Shown here piece by piece: positions 19,218-27,724 of a DNA stretch of 64,000 bases (within the stretch, counting starts at the first letter, position 1; the number at the start of each line of letters is the position of its first letter). The stretch covers positions 64,001 to 128,000 of the forward strand of contig JAWODC010000070.1 of NCBI GenBank assembly GCA_046483495.1. Direction: 5' to 3'. The position numbers and the translations under genes are program-made. Origin of the DNA: Desulfobacterales bacterium (GTDB lineage Bacteria > Desulfobacterota > Desulfobacteria > Desulfobacterales > UBA5616). A model generated the notes under the pieces. That model saw only the letters and a list, made by a program, of their open reading frames with translations, was not told the origin of the DNA and searched no databases.

Positions 19218-19883
19218 TTAAAGTTCCATCGCTTTCAAATGGGGCGAAATGATGAGTTTCGGTTCGGTCAGGTGTTGAACCTCCTTCACCGACCAGCCGG
19301 GGGCGATTTCAGTGAGCAGCAGGCCCGTTCCGGTTACTTCAATCACCGCCAGGTCGGTGACGATCACATTCACGCATTGTTTTGCGGTTACCGGCAGATT
19401 CAGATTTTTCACAATCTTGAACCCGCCGTGTTTCGTAGTGTGAGGCATGGCTACGATGACCTTTTTTGCGCCCCATGCGAGGTCCATGGCACCGCCGATC
19501 ATGGGATATTCGTCATTATCCCCCATTCCGTGGTTCGCCAAATCCCCCGTTTCCGAAACTTCCAGCGCACCGAGTATCGTGTAGATGCGTTTGCTTCGGA
19601 TCATGATAAACGAGGTCAAAAAATCGAAATAGCATTCGCCGGATTTGGGAAGCACAAAATGGCCGATGGCATCGATATGCCCGTAATCGGCCTGTTCCCA
19701 GTTGTCCTCCGTGACAAGTGGGCCATATCCCAATATGCCGTTTTCCGCCTGGAAATAGACGCCTTCAGGAGCGTACGTGGCGCACAAGGCGGGAAGCCCG
19801 GCACCTAAATTACAATAATCGCCGGGTTTTAATTCTTTGGCCGCCCTCATGGCGACGGTCTCTTCACTTAGACGCTCTTTCAT
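19218..19883 (-). CDS. 3-oxoacid CoA-transferase subunit B
   Basis: NLGAGLP, AENG (catalytic Glu), GDLAN, GGAMDL, VTDLAV motifs. Confidence 0.9.
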   Translation of the reverse strand: MKERLSEETVAMRAAKELKPGDYCNLGAGLPALCATYAPEGVYFQAENGILGYGPLVTEDNWEQADYGHIDAIGHFVLPKSGECYFDFLTSFIMIRSKRIYTILGALEVSETGDLANHGMGDNDEYPMIGGAMDLAWGAKKVIVAMPHTTKHGGFKIVKNLNLPVTAKQCVNVIVTDLAVIEVTGTGLLLTEIAPGWSVKEVQHLTEPKLIISPHLKAMEL

Positions 19884-20683
19884 TTGGTGCTCCCCTTTTT
19901 GTCCTGCGCCAGGACGGCTTTTCGAATGGAAGGATTTTCAAGCAGCAGTCTGATGAGGTCTTTTTTTTGTTTGGCGCTTCCCACGTCTCCCTCCGGTATT
20001 TTCACGATTCTGTCGACAAAAACACCCGGTGTAACGACGGATTCCGGATCGATCTCTCCGACCTCCACCAATTCGTCGACTTCGGCGATCGTCAATTTGG
20101 AGGCCATGGCAATGATTGGATTCGATCCACGTGAAGATCCATAATACGTGAGATTGCCGATCCGGTCCGCTTTATGCGCCTTGATGAACCCGACATCGGG
20201 TTGAAACGGTTTTTCCAGGAAGTATTCTTTGCCGTCGATTATTCTTTTCTCTTTGCCCTTGGCAACGGAAGTGCCGACGCCCACCGGATTATAAAAACCG
20301 CCGAGGCCCATGGCGGCGGCGTGAAGCCTTTCAATCCATATCCCATGCGGAATCACTTCTATTTCCAAGTGGCCAGTCTTCACACGGTCGCCGAGAAATC
20401 CCTTGTCATCCGTGCCGGCCGCTCGAGCACCGCCGATGCCCGGGGTTATCAGTTTTTTCAGCTGGGGCAGAAGCGAAGCGGGTGAAAAAACCAGCTCCTC
20501 GATACCCGGCATGGGCAAGAAATTTGTACACAACAGCGTAATCTCCTGAATGTTCTTGTCTACGACGGCTTTTATCAGGTGGTTCGGCGTACCTGAAAAC
20601 GACCAGCTGTGCATGGCAATGGATACCCCGTCCGAAATATCTGCAACCGCCTCTCTGCCCGAAGCATATACTTTGTCACCCAT
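19880..20683 (-). CDS. 3-oxoacid CoA-transferase subunit A
   Basis: PHG...ERL.A..MGLGGFY, KA.KAD..GNL, NPIIAMA, TPGVFVD motifs. Confidence 0.9.
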   Translation of the reverse strand: MGDKVYASGREAVADISDGVSIAMHSWSFSGTPNHLIKAVVDKNIQEITLLCTNFLPMPGIEELVFSPASLLPQLKKLITPGIGGARAAGTDDKGFLGDRVKTGHLEIEVIPHGIWIERLHAAAMGLGGFYNPVGVGTSVAKGKEKRIIDGKEYFLEKPFQPDVGFIKAHKADRIGNLTYYGSSRGSNPIIAMASKLTIAEVDELVEVGEIDPESVVTPGVFVDRIVKIPEGDVGSAKQKKDLIRLLLENPSIRKAVLAQDKKGSTK

Positions 20684-20731
20684 GTCCCTTTTCCTATTGG
20701 ATTTGCGTTATTCCGGTTTGCAATGGAGACA

Positions 20732-21532
20732 TCATTCGCCACTGAACTCAGGAAGCCTTTTTTCCATAAACGCTTCAAGGCCTTCCCTGGGTTCCCCGGA
20801 CAGGTACAACCGTTCGACCAGTTCCGGCTCACACAGATAAAGATCTCCAAATCCTGAAGCTGCGGACGCATTGACGATTTTTTTTGTCATTCGAATCGCC
20901 AGGTGGGCCTTGCCGGAAATCGTTTGGGCCATTTCGTGGACCGTCGGCATGACCTGATGAGGGGTAACGACCTTGTTTACCAATCCGATCTGCAGCGCCT
21001 TTTGGGAACCAACCATATCACAGGTCATAATCAGTTCTTTCGCCATGGAGGGACCGATGAGAGAAACCAGACGTTGCGTGCAGCCCCATGTGAAAAACAT
21101 GCCCACAGACGCTTCGGGAATGCTTAAAAATGCATCATCGGACATGATCCTGAAATCGCATGCCATGGCCAGTGAAAGGCCGGCGCCCACGGCAGGACCG
21201 TTGAGGGCGGCAAATGTAATTTGTTCCAGGTTTTCCAGGGTCCGCATGAAATCATGACCGAGCAATTGGCCGTTTCTCACCAGAGATCTGTTTTTGCCCA
21301 GCTTATCAAGAACCTCGAGGTCCACCCCGGCGGAAAACGTTTGGCCATTACCGGTGAATATGATCATTCGTGTATGGGAATCTTCACGCATATCCTGGAG
21401 AAATTGCAGCAGCTCCGATATCATTTGCTCGTTCATCGCATTGAGCTTGGAGGGCCGATTCAAGACAACCGTAACCGTTGAGCCTTCTTTTTTTGTCAGC
21501 AATGTTTCATACGGCATTTCGACACCTTTCAT
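20732..21532 (-). CDS. Enoyl-CoA hydratase/isomerase family protein
   Basis: LNRPSKLNAM, FSAGVDL, NGPAVGAG, PE motifs, AFMEKR C-terminus. Confidence 0.9.
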   Translation of the reverse strand: MKGVEMPYETLLTKKEGSTVTVVLNRPSKLNAMNEQMISELLQFLQDMREDSHTRMIIFTGNGQTFSAGVDLEVLDKLGKNRSLVRNGQLLGHDFMRTLENLEQITFAALNGPAVGAGLSLAMACDFRIMSDDAFLSIPEASVGMFFTWGCTQRLVSLIGPSMAKELIMTCDMVGSQKALQIGLVNKVVTPHQVMPTVHEMAQTISGKAHLAIRMTKKIVNASAASGFGDLYLCEPELVERLYLSGEPREGLEAFMEKRLPEFSGE

Positions 21533-21583
21533 AGGGAATGGGGGTTCTTTGAATTATTCTTGCAAGCCGTCGAAACCAAGATC

Positions 21584-22951
21584 CTATTCGGTGTTCGACA
21601 GCCTCTTTTCAGTCTGTTTTATACCGTAATTCAGCCATCCCGCCTCATTGAAATTTACCGCCTGCTGCCGCAAACGCTTGTAGCATACAAGCTGTATTTT
21701 AAGGGCTGACCGGTTCTCCGGCTCTACCTGCAGTATACCCTGTGTCAACCGTAGAGCTTTTAACAGGCAGCCTTCTTCCAGCAATTCACCGGCCAATTCA
21801 GCGGATTTGTCGGCGCCGCCTGCCAGCCGGACCAGTTCCGGAATAATAATTTCTGACGGGGCGGCATACATGGAAGCGGGATTGCCGTCAAACCATCCGG
21901 CGTATCCCTCGTAGATTCCCCTCACGGACCAGGAAATTTTTCCATATCCTTCTCCGATATCCAGGTTTTCCGGGAGTCGGATTTCCTGCATCAAGGTATA
22001 AACATCTTTTCCCTGGTTCATGCCTTCCACCGTTTTGTCATGCACGTACAGCACAGCATCCCGGTATTTTGTCAGGGCATTGAAAATCGCTTCAACACCG
22101 TATATCGGTTCGCCGTGGCTTGGAAGCATGATTTCAGGTTCAAGCGCCAATACCTTGTCGATGGATTGTGCATAATCGAGAGCCCACCGCGGTTTGGTTC
22201 CCCGCAGGGTATAAATGTTGGGGAAAGATTGGTAAAACAGATCACCGATAAATAGCGCTTTGATTTCCGGGATGAAGATGCTGATGGCATCATAAGTCTC
22301 GCCGGGGGTATGCATGATCTCAAAAGTGTATTGTCCGACCTTCAGCGTATGCGTCTCGTTTACTAAAATCGTGGCCGGAATAATCGCATCGTAATTGCCG
22401 TTTTTGGATGGATCGGTTTTCACCAGGCTCAGATCGAATCCGAACTGGGAGGCATTGCGGATTTTGAAAAAATCCTCCAATCGTTTTTGGTAATGAAGAA
22501 ACTCGACCGATTCAGCATGCATAATGACCTCGGTTCCTTCCTGCCGCCACAGGTGTATCCCACCGGTATGGTCTCCATGCCCATGGGTGACGATGATGGC
22601 TCGGACGGGCTCTGAACTTACCGCCGTTAACAACGCTTTGTGCTTGGGGGCCACATTGGGCAAAGAAGTGTCGATAATGACGTTGCCTTCTGTCGTAGTA
22701 ACCAAAAACGTATTGCCGAAACCCGTTGCCTTGAATATGGAGGGGTGAACTTCCTGTGCCGATTCTTGATCGATGCTTTGCATCAAAAACATGCTGGGGT
22801 CCAGATCTTCCAATGTTTTCGGCTTTTGATTCGATGTGTCGCTTGCCGGGGCAACAGCGGCACTGAGGCCGATCACACAAGCGATTGACATAAAAAAAAA
22901 CAGGTGTAGACGTTTAAATTTGTAAATCGGATGATGGTCAAATGTGATCAT
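21584..22951 (-). CDS. Secreted alkyl/aryl-sulfatase-like metallo-beta-lactamase-fold hydrolase
   Basis: Signal peptide, THGHGDH, HTPGET, FPNIYTLRG, PSHG, GWFDGNP; start ATG 22951 after GGAGGG. Confidence 0.85.
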   Translation of the reverse strand: MITFDHHPIYKFKRLHLFFFMSIACVIGLSAAVAPASDTSNQKPKTLEDLDPSMFLMQSIDQESAQEVHPSIFKATGFGNTFLVTTTEGNVIIDTSLPNVAPKHKALLTAVSSEPVRAIIVTHGHGDHTGGIHLWRQEGTEVIMHAESVEFLHYQKRLEDFFKIRNASQFGFDLSLVKTDPSKNGNYDAIIPATILVNETHTLKVGQYTFEIMHTPGETYDAISIFIPEIKALFIGDLFYQSFPNIYTLRGTKPRWALDYAQSIDKVLALEPEIMLPSHGEPIYGVEAIFNALTKYRDAVLYVHDKTVEGMNQGKDVYTLMQEIRLPENLDIGEGYGKISWSVRGIYEGYAGWFDGNPASMYAAPSEIIIPELVRLAGGADKSAELAGELLEEGCLLKALRLTQGILQVEPENRSALKIQLVCYKRLRQQAVNFNEAGWLNYGIKQTEKRLSNTE

Positions 22952-23180
22952 GCGTTTCCCCTCCACAAAAAAAGATTCAATGATAGATGATGAGTGCCTG
23001 TTCGCCAGGTCCGACACGCCCCAGGGCAAAGGTGGAATGGTCGAAAAAAACAAACCGGATGGGCACGCCGGTAATATGCCGGAGACCATATCGTCGCCAT
23101 CGGACCAGGATGATTTTTTGAGGTGCCGTCCTTACATCATTTATAGACGAAAATCGGTAAAAAATCCAGCAGGATCAGAA

Positions 23181-23308
23181 CAGCGCCCATCCGGAAACGG
23201 CATCTTTTTGCCCGAATCTGTACAGAAGAATACTCGATTATGACTGGCATTTCAATGGAATACAGCTTTCGAATGAATCAAAATTTAACCTTTTCCGGAT
23301 GGATACGT
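23181..23308. repeat. Degenerate copy of the hairpin repeat (termini only recognisable)
   Basis: GCGCCCATCCGGAAACGGC ... TTTTCCGGATGGATAC match the termini of copy A in reverse orientation. Confidence 0.55.
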
Positions 23309-23659
23309 TTGTAATACGCAATGGTGGGCGGACTCATCATTTATCCTTTAAATGGTTGAAATTTGGTCTCTGATAATGTAAAGCGGTTTGTAACTCGCAC
23401 TTGCTGCACCGAAACGGCAAAAAGACAGTCGCTTGCCTTTTCATATTGGATCAGCGTCGCGGCCTGATATGTGTAAAGTAAAGCCAGGCCGGGAGACCTG
23501 AAGAAGCCGGAAATGAATCCGTCAATTCCCCATAAAAAATTGCCCGGTGAACGGCAAACCCCTCTGGTTCTTCTCCGGTTTTTTTCCAGAAGCCGATCTG
23601 TGTCCTGGATATGAGGAAAACTGAAACCTGAAAAAATCGGATTGAAAAGGAGATAAAAG

Positions 23660-25036
23660 ATGAAAAGACGATATACGTTTATGCTGTTGACTGCCTCCGT
23701 AGTTTTTTTCCTGATGATGTTGACTTCCGGTTTTGCCCAAGTGGAAGAAAGCGGTCAGGAAAGCATTGCCGAAGAGGAGGCCGGCGGTCAGGGCGGCGGC
23801 CTCATGAATACCCTGTTCAAGGCGCTGGGGGATGCCGCGGAGGAATCCCTGAAAGAAGGCATCGATGAATTCATCGGGACGTACAAGGGACGCATCGGTG
23901 AAGTCAAGCTGCTTGAAAATCGAGGCAATGCCGTTGTTCTGGAAGTGACTTACGAGGGCGTCAAGCGCAAAGACGGGGTATATGTTCAGGGAGAAGTAAT
24001 GAAATGGAGCGAGTCTCTGGAAGGTTTCACCAGTACGCTCTCCCCGATTCGCGGCAAAAAAGGCTCCGTTGTTTTGACCATCGGCCGGCAGCAGCAGGGA
24101 GCCTCGGAATGGGGAATAACCTCATCTGAAACCGTCGATGAATCCGACCAAATCCGTTTGTCCCTTGTTCGGGAAACGAACCCCGACCGCCCGTTCGGCA
24201 GCCTGGTGTATAATTTTGAAAAAACATGGACGGACAGCAGTGATATCGTTGCGGCGGAACCTGAGACCGCCGAACCGGAAGAGGCGGTTGAGCTGGCGGA
24301 GGGTGAAACGGCGGAGGAGGCGGAAACCCTCGATTCGGGAGGCCGACCGCCTGCCCCGGCCGTTGTTCTTCCGGGAACAGTTTTAAAACCGGTGCAAACG
24401 GCCCCGATCAAACCGGCCGATACAGCCGGCACGTCCATCCGGAAACCTTCGATTGCGAAAGTCGAGGAGCCCGCTTCATCTTCTGTGCGGCCGTTGACAA
24501 CGATCGCCACCGCAACAAAAACAGCCAAACGTGCTCCCAAAACGATTACGGAATATCATTTTTTACTCCACGCAGATAAGGCCCAATGGAAAAGTTCTTC
24601 AGGAAAACTCGCTTTCCCCGGTTTGTCCAAAGATAAAGGGGGATATGTAAGAGCGTTGGATACCGGGGTGATATGCCCTGACAACAAGGCGAAAAACCTC
24701 TTGTTGACAACTCCGCATATGGTAAAAAACGGGACTATTCAAGGCGTTTATCCTTCTATTGTACCGGGAAAAAACCTCAAATTCAAGGCGGTCGGCGCAC
24801 TGCTCAAGGGTGCAACCGGTTCGGACGGGGTGATTATGTCGGTTTTCGTTCTGGAAAACGGCAGCCGTCGCCGGGTCGTTCGCAAAACGATCGATTGCAG
24901 CGCATACGCACACCTTGAAGCGGATCTGTCTGCCTGGGCCGGCAAAGAAATTCAGATCATCTTGCATGTCAAGGCTCGAAATACAGGCGTAAGAGATTGG
25001 GCGGTTTGGGTCCATCCGCGGTTGGAGCAGCAATAG
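23660..25036 (+). CDS. Secreted protein with acidic/Pro-rich linker and C-terminal NPCBM/galactose-binding-like domain (operon gene 1)
   Basis: Signal peptide (..SGFA|Q); C-terminal ...GATGSDGV...DLSAWAGKEIQIILHV...DWAVWVHPRL beta-sandwich signature. Confidence 0.65.
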   Translation: MKRRYTFMLLTASVVFFLMMLTSGFAQVEESGQESIAEEEAGGQGGGLMNTLFKALGDAAEESLKEGIDEFIGTYKGRIGEVKLLENRGNAVVLEVTYEGVKRKDGVYVQGEVMKWSESLEGFTSTLSPIRGKKGSVVLTIGRQQQGASEWGITSSETVDESDQIRLSLVRETNPDRPFGSLVYNFEKTWTDSSDIVAAEPETAEPEEAVELAEGETAEEAETLDSGGRPPAPAVVLPGTVLKPVQTAPIKPADTAGTSIRKPSIAKVEEPASSSVRPLTTIATATKTAKRAPKTITEYHFLLHADKAQWKSSSGKLAFPGLSKDKGGYVRALDTGVICPDNKAKNLLLTTPHMVKNGTIQGVYPSIVPGKNLKFKAVGALLKGATGSDGVIMSVFVLENGSRRRVVRKTIDCSAYAHLEADLSAWAGKEIQIILHVKARNTGVRDWAVWVHPRLEQQ

Positions 25037-25102
25037 GGATCTAAATTCACGCTGTGCCGTATCGATGGTTTTCACACATCACCAAACAGGGAGTTGAACA
25101 CG

Positions 25103-26644
25103 ATGCGCCTATTCACGGTCATTGCCGTAATACTATGCCTTTCATTTTCCTTACAGGCCGAAGATAATCCGCCGGCTGTCGACAAAACCCTGAAGCTTTA
25201 CCCCGACCGGTTACAAACACTCGGCTCCGAGAGAGCTTCCGTTTCCCAGCCAAAAAAAACTGCTGTGGCAAAACCGGTCCGTCCCTTGACATTTCAGCCC
25301 GTTACCGCTGTTCGCATCAAGAAGCCCGTCCCCATCAAACTGGAAAGAATTCGTCCCATTGTCCCGGCACAGACTCCTGTAAAGCCCCAGGGCCCGGACC
25401 CGGCGGCCACACTGGATCTCAGTGATGTAATCGAGGATGCGGCACTTTTGGAAGATCTCGGCGATGTCTGCGGCTGGGACGGCCACCTGATTTTGCAGGA
25501 TTCAGCCGCAGCCCACGTGTTTTACTATATTCCCAGGGAGTTTCTCTTAAAGCGCGATCCTGAAGGATATCGGTTGAGTGTCCAGTACAATACCCGTGCG
25601 GAGACGGGGCAGCCCTCGGTCATGATTACAGCGGAATTGAAAGCGCCGCATCGGATCGGGGACGTCGGTCTTTTGAGGTCCATTTTGCGCCGGGCGCTGG
25701 ACCTCGAGCCGGCGGATCCCCTGGATGTAAAGGCGTTGCCGGGTCTCGGGGCCGCTGCGGATTTTCACGCCCTTGCCACCGGATTATCGCTGCCTGCCGA
25801 TCGCATCCATTTAAATCCGCCTGCCTATCTGAAACAGGCGTTCAGGCTGACATTGTCACTCACGCAAGATGAAACCGAAGAGGTATTAGCACAAATCGCC
25901 GGTGACGGATTGGTGGGCAATTTAAATGTCAAGGTAGACGATACGGTGATTCCCATTCCCATCCGCCTGCAATATCAGCGATTTTCCGGGCTCCAGCTTA
26001 AAGGGTTTGAAGGATGGATCGAAGGGAGAGCCATCGCCACACTGGAAAATGTAACGGATTTTCCGATCCGCATCGAAGCCGTCAATGCATACCGTATCAA
26101 AAACGGTGAATTGGTGCGGATTTCAAAGCAGCTCAAGCCCATCAGCATAGATCCCGCATCTGCCAGGTCCTTTAACATGCCCGCGGCCAAGGCGCTTCTT
26201 GGTGATCATCTTGCCGTTGCATGGATGGGGCTTTCCATGGACGGGAGTTGTTCGGACTGCATCAGCCGCATCGATTCAACGGTCAGAAAAGGTGTGGCCT
26301 TATCCCCGGGAAGCCGGATTCAGCTGGAAGCCATTCCGGCCGTTTTTGAAGAATTCGGTCTTTACAAGCTGATCATTCACGTCCAAACACCTTATTTTAC
26401 CGCCAAAGGCAAAAGCGTTCAACAGCAGGAAGTTGCTCTTACCGCAGAACAAAATAAAAACGAAGATTTGCAGATATTCGTTCCCTCGGATAAAGGCACG
26501 GAGCCGTTGCTTTTTAAATACCGGATCGAAGCGGTCACCGAGACCGGCGAAAACCGTATTGCACCCGAATGGCACGATTCCAGAAAGCTGACGCAGTATT
26601 TCGGCGCCGCCCAGGTGGAAGGCCTGTTTCACCAAGCAGAGTAG
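25103..26644 (+). CDS. Secreted hypothetical protein, divergent member of the paralog family (operon gene 2)
   Basis: Signal peptide (..SLQA|E), Pro/Lys-rich N-region, LILQD..HVFYYIP motif, C-terminal FEEFGL and FKYRI; ATG 25103 follows AGGGAG. Confidence 0.75.
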   Translation: MRLFTVIAVILCLSFSLQAEDNPPAVDKTLKLYPDRLQTLGSERASVSQPKKTAVAKPVRPLTFQPVTAVRIKKPVPIKLERIRPIVPAQTPVKPQGPDPAATLDLSDVIEDAALLEDLGDVCGWDGHLILQDSAAAHVFYYIPREFLLKRDPEGYRLSVQYNTRAETGQPSVMITAELKAPHRIGDVGLLRSILRRALDLEPADPLDVKALPGLGAAADFHALATGLSLPADRIHLNPPAYLKQAFRLTLSLTQDETEEVLAQIAGDGLVGNLNVKVDDTVIPIPIRLQYQRFSGLQLKGFEGWIEGRAIATLENVTDFPIRIEAVNAYRIKNGELVRISKQLKPISIDPASARSFNMPAAKALLGDHLAVAWMGLSMDGSCSDCISRIDSTVRKGVALSPGSRIQLEAIPAVFEEFGLYKLIIHVQTPYFTAKGKSVQQQEVALTAEQNKNEDLQIFVPSDKGTEPLLFKYRIEAVTETGENRIAPEWHDSRKLTQYFGAAQVEGLFHQAE

Positions 26645-26669
26645 TGAAGAAAGAGATCATGTTATCACC

Positions 26670-27713
26670 ATGGGGTTAATGCATACCATGAAAACCGTCA
26701 TTGTCGTTTTTGCAGCGTGTGTATGCTGGGCGGCGAGCTGCCGGGCGGCTCCGAATCTGGACCATTTCTACGATATACAGGGAACACGGGTCTACCGGGA
26801 TCATGAAATCCCGTCGGAGTGGTATGTGGCCCCGGCACCGCCGGTGTTAAGACAAAGGACGGACAACACGCCCGATTATGGTTTTGCCCTGTATCGATAC
26901 GTGGGCCGATCGGGCACGGGGGATTCCGGAAGTTTCCGGGTCCGGGGGGTGCTGACGTTCGGCATTGAACGGTTCCGGGATTCGGCCGTTTCGGCAAAAA
27001 TCCGCAAAGCATTACGGGCAAAGGGTTTCCGTACACCCCGGTTGAAATCCATGCCGGTGTCCGCCGTTCGCAGTACGTTCATGTTTGCCGATAAATCGGA
27101 GACCCGCGAGTACCAAACCCGGTGGAAAAGCGGAAGTATTATGGTGTTTCTCGATGCGCACATGGCCGAGGTCCTCTGGGATGCCGTAAAGGCCGGACAA
27201 ATCCAGGTCAGCGTTTGCATCGATGAAGAACTTGCCGGCGTGCGTAACCGCGAAGATGCGTGGCAGCCGTCTTCAGCATCCCAGGTGAGGACCGTTCCCG
27301 TCGACATGGATATGACCGCCCATTCCGACCATTTCCAGCGCATCGATTTAGGAGAAAGAATGAAGGTCGGCTATACCGGGGTAGACGTTTTCTGCTTTGA
27401 TTTCATAGAAAATCTCGAAGAAAATCTCTACGCAAAAATTGTCGAGGTGGCCATACCCACGACCGGCCGGGAGCTTGTCGAGGCGGTTACATTCAAAGAT
27501 AACGGGGAATACCGGCATCGCATCGAATTCAAGCTGGCAAAAGATCTGGATCAGCCTTATCGGTATCGCGTTTCCCGAATTTTTCAGGACGGCAGCAAAC
27601 AAACCGGTCCATGGCAGGAGAAATCCGGGGAAACCCTGCTGGATATTACCGCCTATAATTATGCAGGCGGTGCAGCCGAAGAAACCGGGAAGCACGATCG
27701 GACCGTCGATTGA
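26670..27713 (+). CDS. Secreted hypothetical protein, short member of the paralog family (operon gene 3)
   Basis: Signal peptide; VYRD..EWYVAPAPP, RGVLTFG, AEVLWDA and PYRYRV..W motifs; start may be 26688. Confidence 0.75.
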   Translation: MGLMHTMKTVIVVFAACVCWAASCRAAPNLDHFYDIQGTRVYRDHEIPSEWYVAPAPPVLRQRTDNTPDYGFALYRYVGRSGTGDSGSFRVRGVLTFGIERFRDSAVSAKIRKALRAKGFRTPRLKSMPVSAVRSTFMFADKSETREYQTRWKSGSIMVFLDAHMAEVLWDAVKAGQIQVSVCIDEELAGVRNREDAWQPSSASQVRTVPVDMDMTAHSDHFQRIDLGERMKVGYTGVDVFCFDFIENLEENLYAKIVEVAIPTTGRELVEAVTFKDNGEYRHRIEFKLAKDLDQPYRYRVSRIFQDGSKQTGPWQEKSGETLLDITAYNYAGGAAEETGKHDRTVD

Positions 27714-27724
27714 AAAGGAGGCGC

